The translations under genes were made by a program, and so were the position numbers. A stretch of DNA of 63,814 nucleotides, counting the filler, from Choristocarpus tenellus KU-1152 (Eukaryota > Protista > Phaeophyceae): NCBI GenBank assembly GCA_964200185.2. It is 9 parts of 9 records of this genome, joined end to end, with 100 filler letters (N's around TTAATTAATTAA, not from the genome) between each part and the next. Parts side by side here need not be neighbours in the genome. Positions count along the whole stretch, not along the records: positions 48,864 to 53,472 come from CAXNAD020013806.1; positions 53,573 to 60,844 come from CAXNAD020006429.1; positions 60,945 to 63,814 come from CAXNAD020024062.1; 6 more parts are not named here. One strand, given 5' to 3'. Every line of letters begins with the position of its first letter. Position 1 is the first letter of the stretch. Positions 51,901 through 63,814 of the stretch are shown piece after piece. The notes under the pieces are model-generated. The model had not been told where the DNA came from. It saw nothing but the letters and a program-made list of their open reading frames with translations, and did no database searches.

Positions 51901-52427
51901 TCAGTCGTCATCGTATTGAAGGAACTGGGAAAGTTGTACCTGGGACATCAAAATAAATAATAATAAATAGTCAAGCACTACGGATATGTATAATGTAGTA
52001 CTTCAAGTTCATTGTAGTGTTTATGAAACCGCCATCAAGATACATCCCCTGTAGCACTACTACTATAGTCGAAAAAGGATTACATGAATAATGTTTCGAT
52101 ATGTTTCACGAAAGGTTACTAAACCACTCTAATATATTTCACTTGTACCATTGGCAGGTACGAGCGCAAGATATCTATAACGCCGAGAGCAAGGTAACAG
52201 CCAAGCACTGGGAAGTTGCACTGGACTCGTGGTTCCTTGATGAGGTAATCTCATCTTCCCTGACGAAGGATAATGAGAGCACTCCACCTTGGTTGCCTTA
52301 CAGTAGGGATGTGGCCGACGGTGATGATACTGGGACTAGTGTTTTGCCTCGAGATATCAAGAGTGCACTCCACGGCCTTGTAGAGACATCACAAGATCTT
52401 GTCAATGATTTCATTGATGCGAAATGA
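48962..52427 (+). CDS. Unknown protein, last two recognisable exons
   Basis: Open frame from about 48962 to 49377 ending ITLRQ|gtacg, joined in phase 0 to cag|52158-52427 (VRAQDIYNAESK...DFIDAK, TGA). No family recognised; intermediate exons cannot be excluded. Confidence 0.5.
51555..51731 (+). mobile_element. MITE family B (177 bp, imperfect TSD TGCT/TGAT)
   Basis: GGCTCAATGTATCTGGGG ... TTCAGATACTTTGAGCC. Confidence 0.8.
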
Positions 52428-53421
52428 TCAGGTTGCTTGGGTAGCATTGGCAATGACTAGTTCATCAGCCATCTAGTCTTAAATGGGGGTGATTTAGATC
52501 CTTTTGAATATTCAGTGGTATTGGAACCTTTCTCACGACACCCCACGCTTCTCCAACCTAAAATGCGGCTTATTCCCCGCAGAAGGTTTTAACTGTCGAA
52601 GAGAAGACAAGCCTTTGACAATGTTGTCTCTAAATTACCCTCCAGAGTGCTACAAGCAAATGTACGGGAAGGAAGGTCACAGATGCCCCAAATATTCATG
52701 GACACTCCCCTCCAAAATAGGATTACTCGATTACTGTGGTTATTTGGTGTCTGTCGTATCATACAGATGAGCATGTATGACTTATCTTTCTTTATCTTAT
52801 GCTTCTGACTTGAACCATTAAGAGTGCTTGAGCAAGTGGATGCGCAATCGAACCTTGGGGAATTTTTTTCTTTCTGGAAAATTGGGTTCTTGATACTGTT
52901 GGTGGTGTTATGTCTTGGAAATGTGAGAAACACCTGCTAGTTTAACATTTCCTTTGGTGTGTTCAAACATCTTTTCCATAAATTGATCACACTGTATCAC
53001 ATCTTATCGTTCCTTGTGTTGCCGCTGACTATGGGTTAAAGAATCTCGAACTATTGTGTGCAAAAAGACCGACAATAATCGATCGTGGAGTGGATTGCAT
53101 TGGGGTTACTTTGATGTTGGGACTTGGGTAGTAGAGTACGCGTTACAGCACACTCCAGAAGCTTACCTCCCCAGGATTTATAGCTCCAGTCCACAAGCCT
53201 ACAGATGACAACGATGCATGTATAGGACTCTTGATACACAAGTTGTCAAGTATGCTGGATCTCTTACTTGGATTATTCTCTTCATAAGTATCGTCTCTAT
53301 CATCATATAAACGGAAATGGCAACGATGTAGCAGTTGGGGGTAAGATAGTAACAAAATAATAAATAAATAGTACAAATATATATCAAATCTAGTAAATCA
53401 AGGTCATAATGATGTTTATGA

Positions 53422-53472
53422 GACACAAAGTATCTGTGGGGGGGGGAGGGTCTACACCAGGGTGTCCATTTG
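53422..53472 (-). mobile_element. MITE family B end at contig break (similar ends at 19257-19298 and 21557-21720)
   Basis: GACACAAAGTATCTGTGGGGG..GTCTACACCAGGGTGTCCATTTG. Confidence 0.65.
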
Positions 53473-53700
53473 NNNNNNNNNNNNNNNNNNNNNNNNNNNN
53501 NNNNNNNNNNNNNNNNTTAATTAATTAANNNNNNNNNNNNNNNNNNNNNNNNNNNNNNNNNNNNNNNNNNNNGGTTGAGGGCGCCAGCAAGCAAGTTCAG
53601 CTTTTTTTTTTGATGAAAATATCCCTTTTTTTTTTTGGTCTAAATGCTGCCCCCCCCCCCCCCCTACTGTCTATATCCTACCGCCTGCAATCTTCACAAT

Positions 53701-53960
53701 GAGTCAAACCAATTGAGAGGTAGGCAGGTTTGAAACCTTTTAAATTCTAAGCCATCAATCTTGCCCTGTGCAATTCACCCTATTTGGTTGCTTTTACGTG
53801 CAAAGTAGTGCATGCAAAATTGATGTATCCCCTTTCGATACACAAATTGACACCATAATTCAGCAAAGACTCTTTCTGCAATTGTACTAAATGGCATATT
53901 TTTGCCCTTTCTCAGGATCCTAAAAATAAAACCCTGCCTACCTCTCAGTTGGTTTGACTC
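53701..53960. mobile_element. MITE family E (260 bp, 28-bp TIR, TSD AAT)
   Basis: GAGTCAAACCAATTGAGAGGTAGGCAGG ... CCTGCCTACCTCTCAGTTGGTTTGACTC, with AAT on both flanks. Confidence 0.85.
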
Positions 53961-54423
53961 AATAGTGATAGTAATAATGTAAGTCTTTACTTAATTCTGT
54001 AGTCTGTCTTCTTATAGAGGCCCTTCCATTTGTGTATATGCACTATCTGGATATATATTTTTTAAATCATCCAATAGTACTACATATAAATCTGGGAATG
54101 TAGGAACATGTATGTATATTCAAACTCCAGGTGAAAGGGAAATTGTGGCTCCAGTTGAAAAGGTTGGTGAAATTCATTAACTGAAAGGAAGTCATTGAAG
54201 TATCCATCCTTGAACAAGAGTATGAGACTGACCTAGAATGCAACTGAGGCGTCAGTTACATAGTGTGGGCTGAACTAAGCAGGACTAAACTGAGTTGGGG
54301 TCGACTTCCAGCCAAATCAGAGTTCTTGATGAGGAGTTCTTTTATAGAAGCAGGTTACTCATCCTCTTTATTCCCAAGTAGTAATATCCTCATCACATGC
54401 TGAGCATGCTTCCAATCCCGCAG

Positions 54424-57400
54424 GTGGGGTCTCGCCAGCTGGTTGTGGGTACCAGCATATCAGGTCCCATCCGGATCCCCATGGGTCCAGCAAGGGTTTG
54501 GTATCGCACAGGGACAGAGACAATGGGCCTGGCAATGAGCCGTAGCCTGGGTGATGATTTGGCACATCAAGCAGGCGTTTCTTCACAGCCAGAGGTCATG
54601 GAACACACTATAGATGCCAGTGACAAGGTAACATGTGTATGCCATGTTCTGTATGGAATATAGTGTGGATGTAGAGGGGGATAGGAGAGGGACATGTGTG
54701 TGTGTGTGTTCTGTGTGTGTCAGTGCTAACGTGTTTGTGTATCCTTGATCCCCAGAGGGTGTTGCACGTGGATACTCTGAAGTTGCTCGCATCCATCGCA
54801 CGCATTTAGTGGTTGCTATAACAATCATTTGATTATGTATGTACTATGTATACATGTAACACATCTGATGCACAAAAAATCCCCCCAAGGGAAGAGGAAT
54901 CATAACGAGTCAAAGTAAACGAGAGGCACCCAGAGTTGCATTTTAAGGATGCTGACAAACATGTGCAAAATTCGGCATTAAAAAAAAAAAAGGCATGTAG
55001 GGCGTTCTCCGAATCTGTTGAAGAGCCTCAAGCAATAGAGACATCGATCCTCTCAAGTCAAACTTATTACTTCAGATATCCATAGAAATATAGGTGAAGA
55101 GGAAAATATTGGAAAGCTGACTCTAAATGCAAAACGGGCAAAACATAGCTACCTCTACCTCTTGTTTACTTTGGCTCAAACCTTATTCGACTTTTTGTTC
55201 AACAGATGGAATCCACTTTCTGTATCTATCATGTCTGAAAATGGCAGCGACACAAACACGTTTCGAATTCAACAAGGTGGGAAACATTTCTTCTAAACCT
55301 TTCTTCTAACCCTAAGTCTGCAATCTGTACACCTTCAACCCCCTGCCCCCTTTTGCCCCCCTCCGGACACTGTTTCCTGGAATGTTGTGCTGTTGATCTA
55401 TCTTTCAGTTTCTGATTCTGGGCACGGATGGAGTGTGGGATGTCACCGAAATTGAACAAGCTATACAGATCGTGCAGGTCAGTGATCATGAAAGTTTGCC
55501 AGTTTGTAATCGTCTAGATACATAGGGTTTGTACAAGGCTGATCGGGTGGAGCACGGCTGCTTTTATCGAAGACCAGGAAATGTTCATCCTGCTGTGTGC
55601 GCGCGCACGTGTGTATGTATGTATGTATGTATGTATGTATGTATGTATGTATGTGAGTGAAAGTATCTTAGAGGGTATGAGTTTTGCCCTATTTGTCTGT
55701 TTGAGGCTTGTCTTCTTAAGGGTTTTTCTGACATTTGATCTAATCCGAAACGTTTCGGAGTAGGTAAAATGTATGCCTTATGAAAAGATATGTGCGGAAC
55801 AAGAATATTGACACTTCCTAACAAACACAATAATCAAAATTACATTAAAATTGCAAAATTGAATTTTGGCCCCCAAACGGACGTGGGTCTACCCTCTAAG
55901 ATACTTTGACTTTGTATTATGTATGTACGTATGTATGTATTTCCGTAGCTATTTTTCCCTTGAAGCATATAGCCATTTGGTCGAGTTTGGAGTGCACTTC
56001 AGTCTACTTTGTGTGCCGTCTTTTCAGAAAACAGAAATGTTCTTCTCTTGCTCCACAGAAAAGTACACGTTTCAAAACCTTGCAGTTCAAGCTTACTTCA
56101 CCTTTGCTTGGACATTCAATACATCGCACCAAAAAATATTATGAATATGCAACCCATCTGATTCAACTCTCGGCCCTTTCACACAATTGCTCAAATCAAA
56201 CACCATATATGCCTACCATTGAGACCCCTAACCGCCTGCAAGAGAGGCCAACCCCAACACTATCCCTAACCCTAACCCTGAACCTCTTCTGCTTCCCCTG
56301 CCCCTCTAGATCAAACTTAGTTTTGTGAACTGTGGTGGTTTGATTGGGCTCAGTTAATTTAATTGACAAATTATTTGTAACACTTAATTGGGAAAAAGGT
56401 TGCAATATTGTTTTTTTTGCTATTTTTCTGTACTGAGCATCGTTGCCAAAGGCATTGCGAACAGCTCCCCACTGTCCATCGTACATCTCCATAGTTATGC
56501 GTCTGCCCAATGACTGTGGGGGTGTTTGTGACTGGATATGTTGGTGATCGATCTTCTGTGTATGTTATCCCGATTTGGATGGTGGTGGCAACAAAGAACA
56601 ACTGGAAAGTGTGAGCAAGCGAAGCCACAACATGAGCAACCAGGGCATAGTGCCGGGCATCCTCCAGACTGCTCATGCTTAGAAGTTGCAGCCCCTGTCC
56701 TACAAATGGACCAGGGGGGCTCTCTAGAGATTCGCTTGAATGTTGTGGTGGAAGTTCGACTGCTCAAGGTGAAGGGATGGTACAAATCACGAGGAGAGAG
56801 CACCTTTGGGCAGTCAGCACAAAAGGGAGTTGACTTCTTGAAGGTGTCACCATCCATGCCTTCATCAAGAACGTGATAAGAGAGGCGACCTCAGAGACTG
56901 CCTGAGGTTGCGGCGAGAGAGAGGGTTTTGTCCTTTCAAAGATAAGCCAAACTTGCCTGCAGTGTTTTTGCCATTCCTGCATCACAAACAGACTCAGAGC
57001 ACACGCCTTCTGTCTTTTGGGAATATTGCTACAGCAAAGATAAGTAGATTGGGCCCAGACAACGTGGAGGCTCTGGTCTTCCTGTGTTGGATCTGGCTCA
57101 AGGTGGATGAAAGGAACAATGTCAAGAACACCAAATAGGGGCATCTGGCTCCTGAAGACTCGTAGAGGAGGAATTCAGTCACAGCAGCAAGGGTGTAGCG
57201 ACATATTTTTTTGCAAGTCCAGAGTTGGCATCCATACAGTGCTAGTAGTCGACGAGAGCAGCAGAAATATTTGTTCTTTTGTTGCTTGTTTGGTATCATT
57301 TCAATATGTCGACATAACCGCTATACCAGGCAAGTTGTACAGAAAGGTCTTTATTTCTTGTTTCGACTCCAATACGAAACAGAATGCGATGCAGGCTAAT

Positions 57401-60400
57401 GTATTCACTGTACATGCCCTCTCTTGTATGCATCTCCTCTGTTGTGAGTAGTAGCGATTGAATCAGTTCAATTCGAGTAAGTTGCAGTGAGCCAAAGTAT
57501 CTTAGAGGGTAGGGCCGAGTTCATTTGGGGGCCACAATCCAATTTTCGATTTTGATGTAATTTTGGCTATCATGTTTGTTAGGAAGTGTCGGTATCCTTG
57601 TTCCCGATACACCTTTTCATACCATATACATTTGATCTACTCCGAAAAATTTTGGAGTGGAAAAATATCATTAAAAAAAACACGGAAAGCCAAGCCCCAA
57701 ATGGACAAACATGACAAAACTCGTACCCTCTAAGATACTTCCACTCAGTTTAATCAAAACAGGAAATATTGGAAGTGATCATTTTGGAGGAGAGAAGGAT
57801 AAATACAGGCATACAAGCACCATAAACATACCAGGATTGCATAATAAGCAGATGGAGTTGAAAGTTCTTGGCATTGTGGAGGAGGAGCATGAAGCACAGG
57901 AGGCAGATAATAGTCCAGTGGTGGAACCAAGTCAAGTCCAGGTGCATGTACCGTCCATCATGAGCAGGGCAACCCTCCCATAATTGGCACAAGGCGTTCA
58001 TAAGAGGTTCCCTTGAAATGTGTGAGGGAAGTTCAGCTGGTGGTGGTGAGATATTGAAACACATACGCGGTCAGAGAGTACATGGTGGGAAAAACACATG
58101 TAGAGATTGATGCCTTCAAGGTTGCAGTAGGAGGATTCTCGACAATTGATATGGGCAAAGGAGCTTGCAGCAACCAACTCCAGTGGTGGAAGGAAAGGAG
58201 CTCAAGACTTCTGTCCCTGGCAAGCCTTTCCCACCACATTTTTTTCCCATTCCTGGTACAAAATAATCAGACTCAGAGTGCATGGTCTCAACAGGTGGGA
58301 ATATTGTGAGCAAAAGACGGAGACTGGATATATATGTGCAGCTCCACGTCTTCTATTGCAACGTGGATGAAAGTAGATGAGTCAAAGTATCTTAGAGGGT
58401 AGAGCCGCGTCCATTTGGGTTCCAAAATCCAATGTTGCAATTTTGATGTAATTTTGGTTATCATGTTTGTTAGGAGATGTCAATATCCTTGTTCCGGACA
58501 CACCTTTTCATAACGTATACATTTTACCTATTCCAAAACATTTTGGAGTGGGTAAAATGTCATAAAAAACAAGTGGGAAGCCAAGTCCCAAATGGACAAA
58601 CCGGGAAAAACTCGTACCCTCTAAGATACTTTCACTCAGATACAATAGAGGTCACAAATAAAGGCAACAGAAAGGATACCACCTGAAGACTGAAAAAGCA
58701 ACAAAAATGCGTAGTCACACACACACACACACACACACAAAGAGTGCAAGTATCTTAGTGGGTACGAGTTTTTCCCTGTTTGTCCATTTGGGACTTGGCT
58801 TCCCACGGGTTTTTTATGACATTTTACCCACTCCAAAATGTTTTTGGAGTAGGTAAAATGTATACATTATGAAAAGGTGTGTCCGGAACAAGGATATTGA
58901 CATCTTCTAACAAACATGATAACCAAAATTACATCAAAATCGCTACATTGGATTTTGGCCCCCAATGGACGCGGCTCTACCCTCTAAGATATTTTGACTC
59001 AAACATACTATGTACATAAAGAATCTCAGGCATCACATCAATGTGTATCTAGTGGTGGGAAAAACGAGGACAGAAATGAAGAGTACCTCAATTTTTTTCC
59101 CCCTCGGTTGGAGCCCCTCACCATCCATAGGGTTGTTGGCTCATGGCACTGCGTGGCAATTGGCGTTGGTCGCGCGAATCGCACCTTGCTCTGTGCACAA
59201 AACACACGGTTAGATTACAATCGAGTAGTACTTCGAAAGATTTTGAGCTGATTTAAGGTATACACATCAATTCTCTAGATTCGCAAGACCAGATATCTCT
59301 GTAATGCCTGCGGGCACGTATTGGTAAATATAACTTTACTGGAATTCTTCTTTTTCGTTTTTGTAATCATCACAAATATTTCCTCTCAATCCCTCAGTCG
59401 ATTATTCTCAAGCTTTACAATTTAAAGCAATGTACGGGTAAATACCACATCTCATACAATACAGGAGATAATCCTTCTGGTGGTGGAGGAAGGGCACAAA
59501 AACGAGCCTGAGTCCAAATGTCCCACCTCCAGCATGATCCCTCTCTAGCAACGGGGATTTTCACCACAGTTCGTGTTCCGATAAATTTCAATAATAAAAT
59601 ATTTCAGTTAAAAATACCACTCATACAGCAAAAGTCGGCAAAAAACGATATTTTAAAAGTTAAATACCTTCTGATGGTGTATGAAATTGAAAGAAAAGGT
59701 TAAATTTACAAATGTACCGCACAGCCTCAAGCAAGCTCAAATATATTTGTTTTTGCTGTTGTTGCTGAACAATCTACTAAATAAGTAAACTCCAGCTACA
59801 CTTCGGTGTTGCCAAAAAGGGGTCCAAAAAAAGGGTTTCCACACACAAACGAAAGGCATTACATGCAGGCATGGCCCTCCGTGATACACCCTTTGTCTCC
59901 TCAGCAGTTGGGTATGCCCAGCGTTCCACTCGCTGGGCAGGCATCTACAACCTCTGCAAGACATGCATATATATTATATTCCTTCATATAGTTGAGGGTC
60001 TATTACAAAAATATTTTTCATCATGATGTGCATCTCAACAACAATGGTGTACTTCGAAGCTAAAGTACTGGAATATAAGTGCCACGGCATCAATAATAAG
60101 ACTGCAGCAGCCTGTTGAAAAGTGGAAGTGCACTGCAGAGTACTGGATAATCACTGCAATAGATAAGCGCTATACTACAACATATCATACTTTCTTTTTG
60201 AATCACACAGTATTCCCCAGTTTTAGTCAGTGTCATCCCTCCAACTGCTGCGGATTGATGCTACACATTGTCTGATTTTATCGAAACAGGGATACGCCTC
60301 TCGTTGCGGAAGTGAAAGCTGGGACCCACAGGAGGCTGCCTCAATTGTGGCACACACAGCGCGCAAGCGATGGGAGAGTATGTCGGCTGTGGTCGATGAC

Positions 60401-60439
60401 ATAACTGCTGTTGTTGTCAAGCTCAATGTAAATTCCTGA
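54424..60439 (+). CDS. PP2C/PPM family protein phosphatase, last three exons
   Basis: Exons 54424-54627 (GPARVW..GLAMSRSLGD..GVSSQPEV), 55409-55477 (FLILGTDGVWDV) and 60290-60439 (DDITAVVV, TGA); all phase 0 GT-AG. Confidence 0.9.
55655..55912 (-). mobile_element. MITE family A (TSD TGT) inserted in a (TATG)n tract
   Basis: Reverse copy with TATG repeats on both sides. Confidence 0.9.
56880..57140 (+). mobile_element. hAT transposase C-terminal dimerisation-domain remnant
   Basis: KLACSVFAIPASQTDSE / GNIATAKISRLGPDNVEALVFL across a frameshift. Confidence 0.7.
57489..57746 (+). mobile_element. MITE family A (TSD AGT)
   Basis: Full-length, in a PP2C intron. Confidence 0.9.
58080..58370 (+). 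mobile_element. Second hAT dimerisation-domain remnant
   Basis: LQWWKERSSRLLSLASLSHHIF / IPGT..SDSECMVSTGGNIVSKRRRL across a frameshift. Confidence 0.65.
58379..58637 (+). mobile_element. MITE family A (4-bp TSD AGAT)
   Basis: Full-length; AGAT on both flanks. Confidence 0.9.
58742..59000 (-). mobile_element. MITE family A (TSD AAA)
   Basis: Full-length reverse copy 104 bp from the previous one. Confidence 0.9.
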
Positions 60440-60944
60440 GCGTACATCACTTTTGACCAAGTTGAGAGCCCCCAGGAGGGGTGGGGGATTGGGGGATAGG
60501 GGGAAGGGCTATCACAAGAGGATCTTTCGATCAATGTGGCAATAGCAGTGACCACTTCGCAGAAGAGGATTCCCGAGAAGTGGGCACTGTGTCGCAGACA
60601 GTGTAATTTATAGCATTGTTCGCCGACTTGTGGCCTTTGCCCCCTCCCCAGACCCCTGTTTACACACAGACAGACAGACAGACAGACAGGCAGGCAGGAA
60701 GATCGACCGGAAGATAGACATTTCTTTCACTGCAAGTTCTTCCTCTGTCCTGTCAGAGTATAATATTCGAAGTAGTTAGTTTTTTTGTTCCTACCTCCTC
60801 CTCCTCCTCCTCCCCCCCCCCTTCCTCTCCCGTAGTCCCTCTACNNNNNNNNNNNNNNNNNNNNNNNNNNNNNNNNNNNNNNNNNNNNTTAATTAATTAA
60901 NNNNNNNNNNNNNNNNNNNNNNNNNNNNNNNNNNNNNNNNNNNN

Positions 60945-62794
60945 TTCCCCAAAGATTGCTGGACGCCCGCGCTACAGCCTGGTGTGGAAGCTGGTCTTCC
61001 ACCCTCGAGAGTCTTCAGACGTGACAAGCCCAAAGCAGGGGTTGGGGGAGGCAGTCTTGGATGAGGTGGCATCTGTTGCTGCAGGGGCAGTGACTGCCGA
61101 TGGGGCTTCACCAACAATCGCTCTCCCCGAGTGGGGGACACCAACCAAGTTTGGCTCTGCGTCATGGTCATCTTCACCACCACCTACTTCAGCTCCTATT
61201 GCTCAGCCTCCTACTGACAATGATCTTGGGGTTGCAGAACAAGCTAATCGAGCGCTGGGTGCTGCAGGAGGTCATGGCACCCATGAAGGTGGGGAGCAAC
61301 ATAGAGTGCCATCGCCTGCTGGTTTTGATTCTGGTGGAGGTTCTGTTGCTGGTCCTCAGCCGGCAACAACAACCTTGGGTCCTCTGGAAAGGAGAAGTGG
61401 CAACAGCGAAGGAGGGAATGAATCAGTTGCAAGGAATTTTGTAGAGGTGGAGGACGCGGAGGAGATGTCCCAGCTAACAGAAGCGGCAGTGGGAGGGGTG
61501 GTGGTAGGTGTTGGGGATGCGCCAGTGACTGTGCGACCTGCTGGCATGAAAGGGATGGGGGTGTTCTCCACAAGGTGCGGGGGCGGTGGGGACGGGGGAT
61601 AAGGAAGGGTATTATGTGAGAAATGGATGTTTTCCAATCTCAAGTTGGTTGCTGAAATGCAAGAGATAACACATTTGCAGGAGTTGAGCGAATTTCACAG
61701 AATGTACGCTGAGTCATTCCATTACTCTCTGTGTACAGGGGTCAACAGAAGGGGCAGGACACTGTGGAGCTCCGATTGTGTGTTTTGTTTGACGTCTCTT
61801 CACCTATTTCACAATCTGGAGCTAGAACTTGCACCTGTGGTAGGCTGCACGTGCAAGCCCTTAATAGTACCCTTTCAATGTCGCTAGTTGTTCACTTTTC
61901 GATATGTATTGTCGGGAATGCACACGATGGTACAGTTGTATTTTGCGTTGCAGTTCTGTAGGGGTTGGCTTGTCTTGCTTTGAAAGTCAAAAACCATGTG
62001 CGAAATCCAATTGGTGTGGGTGTTTGCTGGATGACGATATATTTGAAGTGTACCCTTTGCTGTGTCCAGGAGCAACCAAATTTACAGAACAGACAGGGAA
62101 AAGCTGACTGAGACAGTGTTTGGTACAATGGCGTCCACGTGGGTCCTGTAGGTTATTACTACAGAGTACGTACTATGAACAAGTGGTGCTCTACTGCTCA
62201 CATGTTCTAGTTGGCATGGGCAAACACACTCAGAAAGAAATGCCCAAGTGACTTGCAGAGCTATAAGTAATCTAAGCAGACAGTAGGTACACCTATACTG
62301 TAGCTTCTACATCATGGGCATCTTTTGGTGATTGTAACATGTTCACAAACGATTTTGTCGTGAGCCCACGAAAGACTTGAAGTTCTTAGTACCAGGCGCG
62401 TGCGTGCGCGCACATACACACACACACACATACACACACACACACACACACACATACATACACACGTACATACACACGTGTTCCCACACAGTCACTTGTG
62501 CTTTCACTCACTCACACAGACACACTTTAACATATGCACGCCATAATGCATACAATTTGTCTCCCCCACCCTCCCTAACTATCTCCCTATTCTTGTTTTT
62601 GTCTCCCATGACAACCACGCTGAGATTAGAGCTCTACAAGCTGGGGAGGTGATAGGCTTCTACACGGGGGAGACATTGACTCGAAACGAGCTCGACTTTC
62701 GTTACCCTCATTTTGAGGGCTCAGACTACGTAATGAAGATTGGAGACGATGAGTTCCTGGATGCAGGAGACCCAAGCAAGTCTGGGTTCACAAG
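60945..62794 (+). CDS. SET-domain protein with low-complexity N-terminal region (partial)
   Basis: An exon ending at 61574 (VTVRPAGMKGMGVFSTR) splices in phase 2 to 62630-62794 (ALQAGEVIGFYTGE..SDYVMKIGDDEFLDAGDPSKSGFTR), a typical SET N-half. The NHS exon lies beyond the window. Confidence 0.8.
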
Positions 62795-63644
62795 GTGATT
62801 TTTCTTGATAACCTGCACGAAAGGTACTCTGGAGTTGATACACTTAATACTTTGCATATGCAGAGTACTTACATTATTATCCTTAGCATTTTCGTCTGTA
62901 GTAACAATTCCTGTACTTTTTGGTCCATCCCTACATTCGCACTCATGGTCTACCTGAGCACCTTCCAAAGTACTGAATTTTTGGGGCGGCTCTTATCCAT
63001 GCTTGCAGTGCGCGCACACGGGAGAATGTTTATCATTCTGGCTGGTTGTGTGCTAGAAGAGTTTGTCAGGGAGAATGCGTGAGTGCTGGCTGATTTCATG
63101 CCACTCAAGTGTGACCCCGTAAATGAGATCGAAACCTGATTTGGCTGCGTATGAGAGCTGGCCACGCAAACCTTTCATCATAAGAAATAGTAGTGGAGCC
63201 TTGAGCTCTATTGATGGTGGTGCAATGGTGTGAACAAGTTCTGAAAATGTGTTCTGGTCGGATGAGCTCAAGAGGCGCCATCCCTTCATTGTTCTGGATG
63301 CACTAGTGCTCTCTCTATGCCCATTGCTCTCTACTCTTCTATGGATCGGAAGTTAGTATGTTCAGTTATTCGAGCCCACACATAGTTTCAAAAGCGGCCC
63401 CTTATGTGGTCCATGCCTCCTTCTTCACTGAGTGACAGCAATGGGATTTCCCCTTGCTTGTTTTTCTATATAAATCCCACTATGTCACTCTGTATGGCGT
63501 CAGGTAGTATCTAATGGTTAACTTGGTGCTTCATAGGTTCACCACCGATGACTTGGTGTTACTTTGGATAAAATATAAGGCCCAAATTCCCGAGATGTAA
63601 CGTTTCTCGTTTTTTCCCCTAGAATTATCTGTTGTGAGTACAAG

Positions 63645-63814
63645 GGGTCAAAGTATCTAGGGGAGGGGGGTGCCGGCGTCCGTTTTTCACTCTTTTTTCG
63701 ATTTTCACTTTTTTTGGTGTGATTTGGTCGCACGTGTCGGATATGAAATGTCAGCAAAAAAAAAAAGGGTTGTTTGACCGAAACGGATGCCCCCCCACCC
63801 ACCACCCCCCCCCC
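63645..63814 (+). mobile_element. MITE family C
   Basis: Second copy, running to the window end in poly-C. Confidence 0.75.

Noticed and set aside
15576-60944. Recurrent TTAATTAATTAA palindrome, and any gene cluster spanning it
   Set aside because: It is an artificial contig linker. Genes on different contigs cannot be treated as neighbours.
62800-63300. Possible hAT transposase remnant on the minus strand (IVTTD-like, FSELVHTIAP)
   Set aside because: The motifs are too decayed to support a call without a profile search.

Overview
Intron-rich eukaryotic draft sequence, probably a flagellated stramenopile and possibly from the brown-algal lineage (inferred from the gene set, TTAGGG repeats and transposon remnants). 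It is nine contigs joined by artificial 100-bp N..TTAATTAATTAA..N linkers, so adjacency across linkers has no biological meaning. Manual exon reconstruction gives: the 3' 16 exons of axonemal CFAP251/WDR66; two tandem minus-strand paralogs encoding secreted PAN/apple-GH128 beta-1,3-glucanases, one of which splices in frame into a TOS1-like (GH16-type ExDxxE) domain and a WSC domain; and partial genes for a protein kinase, a PP2C phosphatase, a SET-domain protein and two unknown proteins. An intronless ParB/Srx-like ORF is present as a divergent inverted duplicate. Non-coding DNA is dense in five related MITE families (3-4 bp TSDs), with Gypsy integrase, hAT and RLE non-LTR remnants, tandem repeats and an internal head-to-head telomere-repeat junction. 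The best candidates for novelty are the multi-module beta-glucan enzyme and the ParB-like inverted pair. All gene models and family calls were made by eye and have not been checked against transcripts or databases.
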